A DNA stretch of 64,000 nt from Haliotis rufescens (lineage: Eukaryota): contig NW_025963957.1 of the NCBI RefSeq assembly GCF_023055435.1, positions 3,658,001-3,722,000 on the forward strand. The letters run 5' to 3'. The translations under genes were made by a program, and so were the position numbers. How positions within the stretch are numbered: position 1 is the first letter of the stretch; each line of letters opens with the position of its first letter. The notes below the pieces were generated by a model. That model saw only the letters and a program-made list of their open reading frames with translations. It ran no database searches and was not told where the DNA came from. Shown here piece by piece: positions 26,397 to 39,375 of the stretch.

Positions 26397-26778
26397 TTTA
26401 TACATGATGATGACGTTGAGCATTGATCAGGTGTAGAGAGAGACTGTTTATACATGACGATGACGTTGAGCATTGATCAGGTGTAGTGAGAGACTGTTTA
26501 TACATGACGATGACGTTAAGCATTCATCAGGTGTAGTGAGAGACTGTTTATACATGACGATGACGTTGAGCACTGATCAGGTGTAGTGAGAGGTTGTTTA
26601 TACATGACGATGACGTTGAGCATTCATCAGGTGTAGTGAGAGGCTGTTTATACATGACGATGACGTTGAGCATTGATCAGGTGTAGTGAGAGACTGTGTA
26701 TTTACATGACGATGATGTTAAGCACTGATCAGGTGTAGTGAGAGACTGTTTATACATGGCGATGATGTTGAGCATTGA
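26397..26778. repeat. Minisatellite, 50-bp unit, about 7.5 copies
   Basis: TACATGA recurs at 26401, 26451, 26501 and onward. Confidence 0.96.
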
Positions 26779-27643
26779 TAAAACATAGGACAACTACACG
26801 ATGGATGACAAATTTGTTTATTTAAAGCAGTAATTGTTTATTGTTAAGCAAGTTTATCTCTGCAGCCGTTGAAATATGCACCCTCACCGACTCGTGTCAA
26901 AACACGGGGCTGTGTACTCGCGGGCAGATGACCACGGAGTACACTGATCACTGTGTTGGGTTAACGAGACTGATTAATGAGTGATTTCAGCAATTCGTTG
27001 CAAATTAGGTGTGTCAGAGTCGGAGTGCAAGACTGTCGGATTATCAGGTCCAAATAGCACTGATTTAATCGGTTCCTATCATTTGTGTTGGATAAAGCCG
27101 ATTGTTGGATTAACGAGTATCGGATTAACGAGACTTGACTGTATATCTGCGTGACATTTAGAATGTCCTGCTGGTGTCTAATTATTTTTTTATCACAAAT
27201 TGCTCACAAGACGAAATCAATCCATACCGGCGCTGATATTGAAGTGGCAAGTGGTGTTAGTCTACTTCATTTATGCACAGCTTGAACATCATTCAGTATC
27301 AAGATTGCATGGAACACGTCTCATGGGTTGTATCAGTGATTCAGTAATACTTTATTGGTTTGAGAGATGAGCTCATGCATAATGTGAACATGAAAAAGTA
27401 TGTAACTGTCTCCAGTGATCGCACCGTCAGTGTCAGCGTAGTTCACCACTTAACTTTACTCATTAAATGTAATAACGAAAGTCAGTTTTAAAACTACCTT
27501 TTTCTTTCTTTTTGGATTAGATTCTAGCTACAGCTTCACTCACGATACATATTTTGTCATCAAATGTTTAGTGAGAGGTTGTGGGGTTGTGGTCATGATT
27601 GCAACGTCTATATTTATATATAGCCTGTGCAGGTTCTCTTCAC

Positions 27644-27900
27644 AGGGATTCTATGACTGTGTAGGTTCTCAGTCCCTCACCCAAGGGGATTCTATGACTG
27701 TATAGGTCCTCAGTCCCTCAACCTAGGGGATTCTGTGACTGCAGGTCCTCAGTCCCTCACCCAAGGGGATTCTATGACTGTGTAGGTCCTCATTCCCTCA
27801 CCCTAGGGGATTCTATGACTGTGTAGTTCCTCAGTAACTCAATCTAGGAGGGATTCCTTGACAGTGTAGGTCTCCAGTACCACATCCTAGGGGATTCTAT
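27644..27900. repeat. Degenerate minisatellite, unit of about 42 bp
   Basis: GGGGATTCTATGACTGTGTAGGTCCTCAGTCCCTCA repeated about 6 times. Confidence 0.88.
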
Positions 27901-28296
27901 GGATGTTAATGTTCCCAGTTTGTAGGCCCACAAGACCTCGTCAATAGGAATAATGATGCTATATTATGAGAGAGACAACCAAGCATGTGTAAGAGTGTCG
28001 CTGACAATGACAGAAAACCTGATTCACTCACTCACTCACTCACTCTGTCCTTACCTTTGAACTCTGGTTAACACAAGCTTGCTCAGCTTAGGTAATGGAA
28101 CCCTCTACATTATCAGAGTTTGTGCCACGGGATATTTTCTGTATCTCTTGATAATCCTCCTGAATAAGGGTGATCAGTGACCTGTTACAGAGATATAGAA
28201 TTGATGCTTGTACTGGGTTACATAGCAGTGTCCCTGAGCCCATCAGTCAGTTCAAAACCCGTTCTTGCCCTTTTGACTGGTGTCAGACGTAATATT

Positions 28297-28544
28297 ATTT
28301 CTCACACCATCACACCGCAGGCATTATAGGTTGTAGCAGGACCATGAGGGTTATATAGTACCCCGAGTGTAACTTGTCGCATGAACGTGGGGTATAAGAA
28401 ATCCACGTGCTGCCTGACTTTTCGTGGTGGGGTATAAGGGATTTATTCACCCGTTAAGAAATTTATTTCCCTCTAAGGCGGGATACATAGTATTTTCACA
28501 TGGACCAATCAGATCTCATCATTCTGACTTGGATGTATGATAAA
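28297..28544. mobile_element. Short non-autonomous element with short imperfect TIR (Crypton-like architecture)
   Basis: TTTCTCACAC...GTATGATAAA termini and subterminal GACCAATCAGA, as in 36430-37118. Confidence 0.45.
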
Positions 28545-29656
28545 CAGGTTCATTTCACTCAAGATATGTGTCAGAAATACTGCTCCTCACCTCAAATCAA
28601 CAAAGGACACATGTGGAGGTTTGTTTCTCAAGATTGGGGTCAGAAATTGTGTTATTCAACATGAGGCCATACTTTGTATGCTGTTAGCATTGTACATCTT
28701 ATAGAGGGACTGTGCTTCAGTGTCTGGGATTCAAGTCCAGGGTTGGTCTAGACACAGTAATGAGTGCTGTGTGCGAAACTGATACATTGTCTCAGTGTAA
28801 TCATTAACTGTTGGATGGATAATCATCATACACTTCAGGGAGCACTTCAAAGGTTCCATGTCGGGGAAAAAACCCTTATTCCTTAGTTTTGAGGCATGTC
28901 CCCCTACACACACTCACACAGCATGTAAATGAAAATGTGTTTGTTTAGTTTTGTTACTCTATAAAAAAAAGAAGAGAAATCAAGTAAGTTGATTTTGTTG
29001 GATGGAAAACTTGCAGGGCCATTACTTTTCAAATGACCACCTCTCACTGGGGTAGAAACTAACTTGTATAGTCCACAAGTCCTTATAATGATATCACATA
29101 GCAAAACCCTTAACAACGACAAATGTCTACTGATGCTTGTGATACCTTAACCATTGGCCAGTTTGTAAAGGACTACAGGACTAATGCCAGCTGCTATCAC
29201 TGCTGTTAGAAAGAAATGGTTATAATGTACACGGACTGTAAAGGGAGTGAGTGGTTAAGGGTGTTAACATCTACTGATTAATACTTGAATACCATAGGTA
29301 GGGAAGCTCACCTTTATTTAAAGAAGTGACATTTGTGTGAGGTTGTGATGAGAATTTGAAGTTTTGTCTTATATAAAATACGAGAAACTACATGACGCTG
29401 AGAAGGTCAAGTATTGGTGTCACCTATTTCACGGCTGTATTTGCGTTCACAAAGTGCCATTTAAACGTCCAACACCTCTGCCAGCTAACACAACACTATC
29501 AGCCCAACCAACCAAATGGTGGTGACGTTAATATCATTACTCTCCTCTAGAATCAATGATCTGCACAGCATATCATAAATTTGATAGGCCTGGGGACTTG
29601 GGGATATATTTTATTCCAACATTTCACCAAGAAAGTCCCAAAAGTACTGGAGATTC

Positions 29657-29891
29657 CCAGTGTCAGGGATCAGAAGCTGTAGTGTGTATCCGTGTCTGTG
29701 TTTGTATGTAAGGTATCCAGTGTCAGGGATCAGAAGCTGTAGTGTGTATCCGTGTCTGTGTTTGTGTGTAAGGTATCCAGTGTCAGGGATCAGAAGCTGT
29801 AGTGTGTATCCGTGTCTGTGTTTGTATGTAAGGTATCCAGTGTCAGGGATCAGAAGCTGTAGTGTGTATCCGTGTCTGTGTTTGTATGTAA
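29657..29891. repeat. Minisatellite, 60-bp unit, 4 copies
   Basis: Four near-identical 60-bp units. Confidence 0.97.
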
Positions 29892-30740
29892 GTGTGTAAT
29901 ACAATGTCCTCGCACGTCCCAGGAGACTTGCGTCTGAGCTCTGATGCCTGGATCCAACAGCCTCCAATCTATCACGGCCAAGTTTGGCTTGAAGTGGAGA
30001 TTAGAACTCAAGAATAGACCAGTGAGGAAAATTACTAGAAGCCCCCGGAGACTTAGTGAATGAGCTTCTGTGTCGCTGCGAGCTGAGTCCATGATGGAGA
30101 GGCACAAGGGCGGTCTGCCCTGCTGCACACCAGTTTTGCCTCCTGATTACTCCCAGAATTGGTCAGATTTCACTGATGAATTGTGTCAATACATTCTGAG
30201 ATTACATCAGAGAGTTTGTACTCGATGACGATGTAGTCTGGCCTATTGATAAAACACCTCCCCTGGGCCTTCAGCAATCAAATATGTTGTAAGTGCTTTG
30301 TTAATTTCACTGAAGACATAGTGACATAAAAATTATCACAGCTTTTGTGTGGAGAGTTTTGGACGTGAGAGAAGTTGAGGTATTCTGAGGTATTCATCCA
30401 TTCCATTGTGGACAGTCCGAGCAGACGTTTATTCTCTAAAACATCAAACTGACCCTACCATGATTGAAATCAGCAGTGATATTTTGCTTGTGGTATTGCC
30501 CTATTATCCCCGCCACACGTTTTGCTGTTTCAATGTAGAAACTTACACACGTTATCAAGTGATGTACAGAAAGGGGAAATGGGAAGGCTATGTACATGTG
30601 GATAATTGATGTTTTTACTTCTGTGATGCTGTGACCCACGAGTCATTCATCAGTATTCTGGAAGTTGAAACTTTAAAAAAAAATAATTTCCAACCACCTA
30701 CATTGAATTTATGGCCACCACTTTCGAAAACCAACTAAAA

Positions 30741-31046
30741 GTGAGCTGAAATGGCGTTAACATTGCGTCCAAGATTTTAGCGATGCATGTGTTTGTGTGT
30801 GACTGCTTGTACTAGTCCGGACTGATGCCGATTTATAATGCTAGCCCACTGAGATACCATGCCGCAGTTTAACATGAATACCCCACTCAGACACAGTATA
30901 CTGACTCTGAGCTGACCAGTTCTTGTTTTAGCCCCCTAATGCCGAGCACCAGGCAGGGTAACAACAAAAAACACCTTTTAACATCTTTTGGTATGACGCA
31001 GCCGGGGATTGAACGGACGCTCTACCACTAGACCTCGGAGGCAGGC
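30741..31046 (-). mobile_element. SINE family C with internal deletions
   Basis: Reverse complement of family C; approximate TSD CGAAAACxAxCTAAAA. Confidence 0.9.
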
Positions 31047-31274
31047 GAAAACAAGCTAAAAAATAAAAGGCCTTATGATATGCCTTATGTTCATGTTTAC
31101 TCAGTGTTTTAACAAATGAGCAGTTTGTTTTCTCTGTGAGACATTCATCCACTGCTTTTATTCAGATCAAGGATGTACAGATTATTCAAACTGATTCTCT
31201 CTTGGGAAATATTAGGTTGAATGTCTACTGATTCAGTCAATGTAAGTACGCTGGTTGGGAATATGGTCCGCGTA

Positions 31275-31465
31275 GGGGCAGTCGGGTAGCCTAGTGGTTA
31301 AAGTGTTCGCTCATCACGCCGAAGACCCAGGTTCGCTTCCCGACATGGGTACAATGTGTGAAGCCCATTTCTGGTGTCCCCCGCCATGATATTGCTGGAA
31401 TATTGCTAAAAGCAACGTAAAACCTCACTCACTCACTCACTCACTCACTCACTCACTCACTCACT
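31275..31465 (+). mobile_element. SINE family A, full length, long (CACT)n tail
   Basis: A/B boxes, family body and tail. Confidence 0.93.
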
Positions 31466-33857
31466 CTGTTCCGCGTTACTTCAGGCTTTATTTAAGGCAT
31501 CACAAGTACAGAGCTGCATCATTAGGTGCCAGAATCTGCCTGTAATGGATTCAAAGGGGTCCTGATTCTGTTTGTTTGTTTGTTGTTTAACGCCGCAGTC
31601 AGCAAAATTCCATCTATATGACGGCGGAGGTCCTGATTCAGATAGTGTTCAGTCAATAGGCAGTAAGATTCAGTTCTTTTAGTCAGTAAGCAGTAATATC
31701 TTAAATCAGTGCAAACTGGTTCTTAATTCTCATTTGGTCGGTAAATGGTAGCTTCAGCAACATTTTTTCTTTCGTCTTTTTTCTTGTTTATATTTCAAGC
31801 AATTTGTGTTTTGCTAAACCGCTTTTCTCCGACCACTGTCTCAAATGTTCTCAATAACAATGCAGTGTCAAAAATTGACTGGGACCAAGATTCAGTTGTT
31901 CTTCTTTGTATGTCGTTCTAAAATAGACAGTAAGTGCTGTCAGGATCAAGCCCAAGTTATGATCCTTGATCCACGTGTACAATGTGCTGTGGACCTTTCT
32001 GCCACATTAAGCGGATCCGCTGTGATATAACTGAAATACTTTTCAAAGGGGCATTAACCCCCACCTCCCTCATCTAATCTTTCTTTAGTTAAGGACGCCA
32101 AACACAAGAATCACTGGCAAGGGTGTTTTGTTTCAACCTAGTATGTATACTTGATCGATAGTATGACATGCTAAATTTAAAAATCTATCCACAATTTAAG
32201 TGAAAAATTAGTAGAACAATGTTTTTTGCACCCATTAAATCTGTTATTATTCATCTGATTTGATTGTCTTACCTGCTAGCCAGTTGGTGGTAACATCAAC
32301 TTCAGCCTTCAATTAAGGATTCATACTTCATTTAACTGAAAAAAATCCACAGTCAATCCTTATAATTAAATTAGACAATGAAAACATGTGTTATCTACAA
32401 TAGTTTGACCCAAAACAGTTGTATATATATCAAAGCAGACAAAAATGACAAGATTGTAGGAATACATACTGTGGCGTGACATGAATCAGGTGATTGTTTA
32501 ATTTATGCACATATCTTGACACAAAGTCAGTAGCCAATCAACGGAGAGTAGGATCAAAACAAAGTTCATAGGTCCTGTCAATCAAGGCAAGAGGCGAGAA
32601 GAACTGTTACAGTCAGACTGTAACGAACCGGAACAGGCCGCTGTTTCAAATGACATGGTCAGTTTCCTGCCAGATTCAAACATTAATGAGTTCCTTGAGA
32701 ACTGGAAGACACAGTTAAAAATGTCAGGGTTAGAAATGAAACCGAAGACATAAAATTTGTGGAACCCAGGCGAGCTAAAAAAGAAATTCCTTCGACTGTA
32801 ATACAATGTATTAGGATTCCCCGACTTTCCGATGTAATAAAGTAATAAAAGTGGCGTACATTTTCATATTATTGGGAAATAAATTCAATAACATCTTCAG
32901 CTAATTAGAAGGCGGGAATTACAATGAACACAACAAAAATTAAATTATATGAGTATGGCCACATTCTCATGGCTATTGTTAAAACAATGGGTTGGTTAAA
33001 TTTTGGTTTTATTTAAAATTTCGAATTTATATTTCCGATCCACTTCCTAATTTACAATTGCACAAAATGCCCCTCCAAATCATCTAGACCTGGCACATCT
33101 TGTCCTGATTTAATAATCACAAACAGCAATGCTTGTCATCAGGATGGGTTGTATCAAAAAGTGCTGAATGTAATAAAATCGGAAACAGAATTTATCATAC
33201 AATATATTTTTAAAGTTTAGGATCAGGTTGACTTTTAGGGCCGATCAGTGATGTAAAACAAGGATGTCCTCGTGTCTGTTTTTTATAACCACATCATAAC
33301 ATTTGTGTCTGTAGCTATTGTTACAACAGAAATGCCAAGGGCTCTGTTGTGTTTGTGTAGCCTTGTCAGTCCACGTGTCCACGGAAGATGAAAGGTACGT
33401 CAAGGAGGCTGATTTCACCGTGTATGTTCTGCTCACAATGCTGTCGTGGCAGTACCTTTGATCCTATAGTGATCTGGCTCTGGCAATTCCTGCCCATACC
33501 TTCCAGCTTGATGAAACCTGCTGTGATGTGTCTGTCAGTGGCGGCACAGGTACACCCGGTAGGGATTCTGGGGCAGCTCAGATCCCCACTATCACAGTGT
33601 GGGGATTGCAGGTTAGAATTGGTTCCGAGGATTACCTCTGCTAGTTGTAAGAGCTGACTGTTATTGGATCTCTGCCTGTCACTGTACCTTGATGGTGTGG
33701 ATCGGCTATTCCTGTGTAACAAGGGTGGTCATTAACTGTTTGGTTGAATTACTAGACAAAGCAGTGTGTTATCAACTCGAATCAAACTTGGTCGATCTAC
33801 TAATTGTCTCTCAGTCCCTCTTCAGCCAAGATTCCTCAGGACCTCATACTCTCTTGA

Positions 33858-34100
33858 GACCCGTGAAGATACGGGGTAGAATAGGTCTTCAGCAACCCAC
33901 CCTTGCCGTAAGAAGCGACTAATGGGATCAGGTGGTCAGGCTTGCTGACTTGGTTCATGCATGTCATCATATCCCAATTGTGTGGATTCATGCTCATGAT
34001 GTCAATCACTGGATTGTCTGGTCCAGACTCGATTATTTACAGACCGCCGTCATATAGCTGGAACATTGCTGAGCGCGGCGTTAAACAACAAACAAACAAA
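33858..34100 (+). mobile_element. Short retroposon family B, full length
   Basis: Starts GACCCGTGAAGAT and ends (AAAC)n. TSD CATACTCTSTTGA at 33845-33857 and 34101-34113. Confidence 0.92.
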
Positions 34101-35056
34101 CATACTCTGTTGAATTATCCATACTTGGAAGCATGACGAAGATTCTATCAGACACAGCAGAGATACCAACCTGAAAAATTGTTGAATGTGGCAACTGGCA
34201 AGATAAAAGGTGACTGATATTTTTATGAAAGAATATGCTGATGATGATTACTTTTCTAGTTTTGAAATTTCTAATTTTAGACCCAAAGTCTCCCATATAT
34301 TCCAAAATGATTCAAATTGGGGTTGTCATTTCAGTATGAAGACAAATCAGTCAAACAGAGTTAAAGAGGTTCACTGTATTGAAAAAAATGTCAATGAGAT
34401 TGTTAGGGTTGGAACTTGAGTTGGGTCGGGAATCGAAGCTGCATCATGTCTCATGCTTAATCAAGAGTTGGATTCAGAATTTTGGAATAGGGATAGGGGG
34501 TTCATAAATTGATGTGGCCGAGGAAGCAGTTAATTTGTAGGGTGTCTGAAAAAAAAGGGTGTGTCCTCCTCCCCCATACCCCCTCTGGATTGGCCAGTGT
34601 AGTCATTTTCTATACCAATTTGAATCCATGCCAGCAAAACTCCCTCCTTGTCAACAGTTGCTGCTGGAAACTGTTGATTTATTTTGTCACCTTACCTCCT
34701 GACATCCATTGCACATACCTGTCCCTGTGTGAACTATCTGGCTAATATCACACCTGTCCACAACAGCAATTAGGGATTAATAAACAGGGTGACGCACCAA
34801 TGGGACTTGTTTCCATGACAACCAGGCGTAAACATCAAGGATCTCAGTGACAGCTGATTTTCTATGAAAGTTTATGTGAGAAAATGGAGTAACTGGTCCC
34901 AAGCTGACCCTGACGAACTACATGTTTAATGTAATAATAGATCTGCATTATTACCGATGGGAATAGGGAATGCTTGTTAGATAACCTTATCAGAGAATGA
35001 CATCTGTGCATTATACAGTGGAATGGGAGATTTGCGGTCTAAGCTTACATTATACA

Positions 35057-35200
35057 GTGAAACCTGGTTCTGGACAGAATTGTGAAACCTTATTCTGGAC
35101 AGAACTGTGAAACCTTATTCGGGACAGAATTGTGAAACCTTATTCTGAACAGAACTGTGAAACCTTATTCTGGACAGAACTGTGGAACCTTATTCTGGAC
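35057..35200. repeat. Minisatellite, 25-bp unit
   Basis: GTGAAACCTTATTCTGGACAGAAYT repeated about 5.5 times. Confidence 0.92.
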
Positions 35201-35603
35201 ATGACTGTTTCTTGCATAATCAGTTAGATTAACTAATTTCAGCATAACTAAATCATTGGTATGTTGTAATATCCTTTCAATTGTATATAACACACTGAAC
35301 AAAGAAAATGAGGGAACATGAATATTTTTAGAGATATTTTATGAAATTGTATGATCAGTTTTCACTACACAAAATATCCCCATAAAATATTCATGATCCT
35401 TTTTGTTCTGTTTTGTATAGTTGTTTCTGAAAATAATCATCAGGAACGCTTTCTGGATCTTGATAAGCTAGGTGTCACTGTATGAAAATATACACTGTGG
35501 TCTCACTCAAAGACACATTATGTTTGACCAGCTGCCTGCAGTATCAGTTGCTGTTCATCGCTACCTACAAGGAAGGCCATGCAGCTTCATGCTTCTGTTG
35601 ACA

Positions 35604-35762
35604 GACTTCCTTTGGTCTAGTGGATAGAGCGTTTGCCTGGGGAGATCAGGGGTTTGCTCCCTGGATGCCTCTTACCAAATGATGTTAACAGATGAAACTA
35701 ATGTTACCTTCGGCATAAAGGGGATAAAACACTCTCTCGCACTCATGCACACACACATGCGC
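35604..35762 (+). mobile_element. Degenerate, deleted SINE family C
   Basis: GGTCTAGTGGATAGAGCG...TACCAAATGATGTTAACAGATG...CGGCATAAGGGG. Confidence 0.6.
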
Positions 35763-36258
35763 GAAAGCTTTGTGAGGCCCTTGCCCTTACAGAGTATTAA
35801 CTTAACATTTTAATAATAAGATTAAAATATTGTTCCTTTTTGAACTTGATCCATCAAAAGCAACCGTTATCTCAGTATTTCCTATTTTTGGGAACAACTG
35901 CATTGTCTATCAATATTTCTGGTATAGCTATGTTGTGCATTATTGATCAGATATATATATACAGTCATTTATTAGAGCAAGTGTCATTAGTATTGGCATA
36001 TCGACTGTCAGAATCCCTGGAATGTCCACTTGGTCTGAAGATGATGGTTAGCATAACGAGCAAAGGAACTAATGATATAGCCTAATGGCCAGAAGATCTG
36101 TTATTATCTTTGACCCATGTCACTAGGAGTTGGCTTGGAATTTCACTGATTATGATCCTTGGTTTGTCTGTACCATTCTCGTGGGTTTTGACTTCATGCT
36201 TGATGTTTTCAACCTGTGTTTCCTCCACATTCAGCTGGCAGGCTTCCTCATTCATTTA

Positions 36259-36429
36259 GGAGATAAACATACTGTGTTTTCAATGTAGAGCTAGGTTACC
36301 TGTAGATTTAACCCTGCTAAATTGAATTTGGAACCGAACGCGCAGCGTGAGGTTTCAAATGTTAAATTTAGCGCGGTTAAATCTACAGGTAACCTAGCTC
36401 TACATTGAAAACACAGTATGTTTATCTCC
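36259..36429. mobile_element. 171-bp palindromic MITE-like element
   Basis: 55-bp perfect inverted arms (GGAGATAAAC...TTAACC), extending imperfectly to about 77 bp around a loop of about 15 nt. Confidence 0.85.
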
Positions 36430-37118
36430 ATTCTACCATGACTAAATAAAATGCAACTCTTTGGTGTTAGCAAATATACTGAGTTAAGCGGCATGGGTTG
36501 AGTTCAGTGTTTTGAGTGGGTTATCGATCTGAATTACGGAATCACCAAACAAAATATGGTGCTGTATATACTCAAGCGGTTTGTTTACACCGTAATACTT
36601 CACTCGAACATATGACAGGCATTGAAAGCATATAAGCACGGCAACTTGGTAAGCTAACATGAGGTTGGCACCCCTAAAGAAAACAAAGCAAGCTTTGCAA
36701 GGCTTTCGCTTTCGCACGTCACCATTATGATGTCATAATCGCTCATTGTGATGCAAAAGATATGACATCACAGTCGTATATAGAAAAGCGCCAAAATTTC
36801 AAGCTCTCTGTTGTCTCCAAAACGTAAATACCTTCCCTTTGTTGATTTCTGTCGTGTTTTTCTGCACGAAATGTATTGCCACACATCCTTTGAATATTGT
36901 AGTAACCGCATCTGTGCATTTTGTAACCTGTAATTGTAGATATAATTATTTAAATATGCCTACCGACAATGACTGAAAATAGTACTATTCTATGAATATT
37001 AGCTTAGGCGGTGATGCGGCCGTCAAATCAGCTGTTTCAATCAGTGGGGGTTTATTGTGATTAAATAGCCTCTGATTGACCAATCAGAATCGAGTAAATT
37101 CCAAATTCATGGTAGAAT
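36430..37118. mobile_element. Non-autonomous element with 12-bp TIR (Crypton-like architecture)
   Basis: ATTCTACCATGA...TCATGGTAGAAT. The right end is homologous to 62603-62735. Confidence 0.65.
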
Positions 37119-37156
37119 TACCTTTATCTGTTCCCCACCATTAAACCAGAGGTCAC

Positions 37157-37398
37157 AGGTGGCCCAGTTGTCTGAGGTACTGCAATGAGCTGTGCAGAGT
37201 TAAGTCCCTTAGACATGCTAGGATCCAATTATTGCAAGTGAATCCATGATTTGCTCTGATTTTTGTCTTTATTTTTCAGCAACATGTTTTTGGCTCCTGG
37301 TTTACATGAAAGATCTGCATCACTTTTCTCCTTCAAAATTGACACATTGCGATATTACTGAAATATTGTTCAAAGCTCACTCACTCACTCACTCACTC
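37157..37398 (+). mobile_element. SINE family D (degenerate)
   Basis: GGTGGCCCAGTTGTCT head; GATATTACTGAAATATTG...(CACT)n tail. Confidence 0.7.
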
Positions 37399-37462
37399 CA
37401 TGTCCGAGCAGATAGTATAAGGAAGCAAATACAGAATTGTAATAGAAATATGTTTGTTTCAG

Positions 37463-37547
37463 GTGCATAAATGGGTGAATGCAGAGTCCATGTTGGAGAA
37501 GTGTTTTGTGGGACGCGTCAAAGTGGAACTACCCACATCAAGGCGAG
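37463..37547 (+). CDS. CYB5R4: CYB5R4 internal exon B: end of cytochrome b5 domain with second heme ligand
   Basis: Acceptor tgtttcag|, donor G|gtgagt. Translates VHKWVNAESMLEKCFVGRVKVELPTSRR, matching the NCB5OR-type VHxWVNxESML motif. Phase 0 joins exon A directly (FDE|VHKW). Missed by the ORF track. Confidence 0.95.
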
Positions 37548-39375
37548 GTGAGTGGGCATCAACTGTAACTTGAAACAACATCTGTGTGGATGGTCTTGTC
37601 AATTCTGTACCATATCCATTCTGGTAAGGTTGTGATGATGTACAGTCAAATACTCTGACCTTAGATATGCATTCAATATGTTTGTAAGTGAGTATGATCG
37701 TATGATGCTTGAAAAGATATTTCACCTATGAAATTATGACAGATTTGCTCAATTCTGGGGTCCGTTCCACAAAGGGATCTTAGTGCTTCGACTGTAAGCC
37801 AGTGCTTTTTATACAATTGATGGCTTTACGTTTTCTTGTAGGCCATTGAACCTGGGTGTTTGGGTCACATTGTGTAAGCAACCTCCATAATCCTGTCACT
37901 GAAGTGTGGACGATGTAAAATCTTCAGTGTACCATGTGAAGATGTGTAGGTGACCACGTTTTAGCATGGTTTAGCATGGTTTAGCATGGTATACCATCGT
38001 TATACCATAGTATTCCATGGTAAACCGTGGTGACAATGGTACACTTTTAGCTGGGTTAAGCAAACATCATAACTCCATCACTGTAGAGTGGACAGGAGAA
38101 GTGGAGGAGGCGCCAGTAATCCGGGCTTGTCATTAGAGCTGCACTGTATTGCCGGTATACCACAATTTGAAATGCTAATGAATGCGTATCACAATGCAAT
38201 TGGTAGATATTGGTATATTGCGTTTTTCAAAATCATGCAGAATTTTATCATGTTGGTAAAGGTTACATGAGTGACAAGTCGAAATGAAATAATGAAATTG
38301 AGAAATTACCAACTGAATCCTGTGATTGAAGAAGCGAAACTATTCATGACCAGCTTCCTGTACATGATGTGTCTATTACGAAGGCATTGTTACCATAGCA
38401 ACATCAAACAAAATGGCAAATGACTACAAACTTTTCAAAAATGTGCAGAAGTACGATGTATGGGTCCATTCCAGACCAAATGATTTGAGTTATTTTAATT
38501 CAGGTTTCTAACAAATTACAGATGAAAGAATGCTTGCAATATATTGTTTTACATGTCACATCACATGAATCATAATTACAATAAACTGCAATAAGAAAGT
38601 CAGGCCAATATCCATGACTATTTATCAAGGACCAATCACCACGCATCATGAGTAATGTTTCCCTTCTCTTGATTAACACGAGTCAATAACAGTTTAAAAC
38701 TTTAAGGCTTGCCGAAGACTTATAAACGTTTATAGATGACTGTTGATGTATTTGCTGTTAAAAAACCCTGAGTGACACTCTATTCATCGTCCAAACTCAT
38801 TCTTCTAACTTTTTCAATTTGTAAACAATAGTAACCTGTGCCTTAAGTGTTAAAGTACAGGTAACGAGCTTCAGTTTCAGGGAGACTAATGATGTCATTT
38901 CAGTTATGTCAAAAGGTCTACAAAGCATTGTGATGCAATTTCATTGTATTTATTTAGAAATGATAAGGTAAAGTAATCAAAAGAGTTTGTTGAAAGCTCA
39001 AGAAGAGGTGAAGTAAACTAGGTCTTGGTTTCCCCCAGCATCCATCAATACTTGGCACAAATCGAAGTTGAAGTAGAAAATGATACGTCATAAGTAGATG
39101 TTTGAGATATCGGGTGTGTATTCCTATCTCAATAAAGATGGCAACTTGGATTGTAAATACATGTATTGTGTGGGTCATCAAGGAAGTGTTCCGTGTATTA
39201 ATGAACAGTTAAGTACATCCCATGCCAGAGACATTTTCTGTCTACGACCCCAAATGTGGATCTTGGCATCATTTTTAGTACATTTTAGTGTTATCATATG
39301 GAAATGCATTAGCTGAGCTCATTAGACCAAACAGAATTTTACTAGACTTAGGCTTCGGACTAGTGGCAGATGGAG

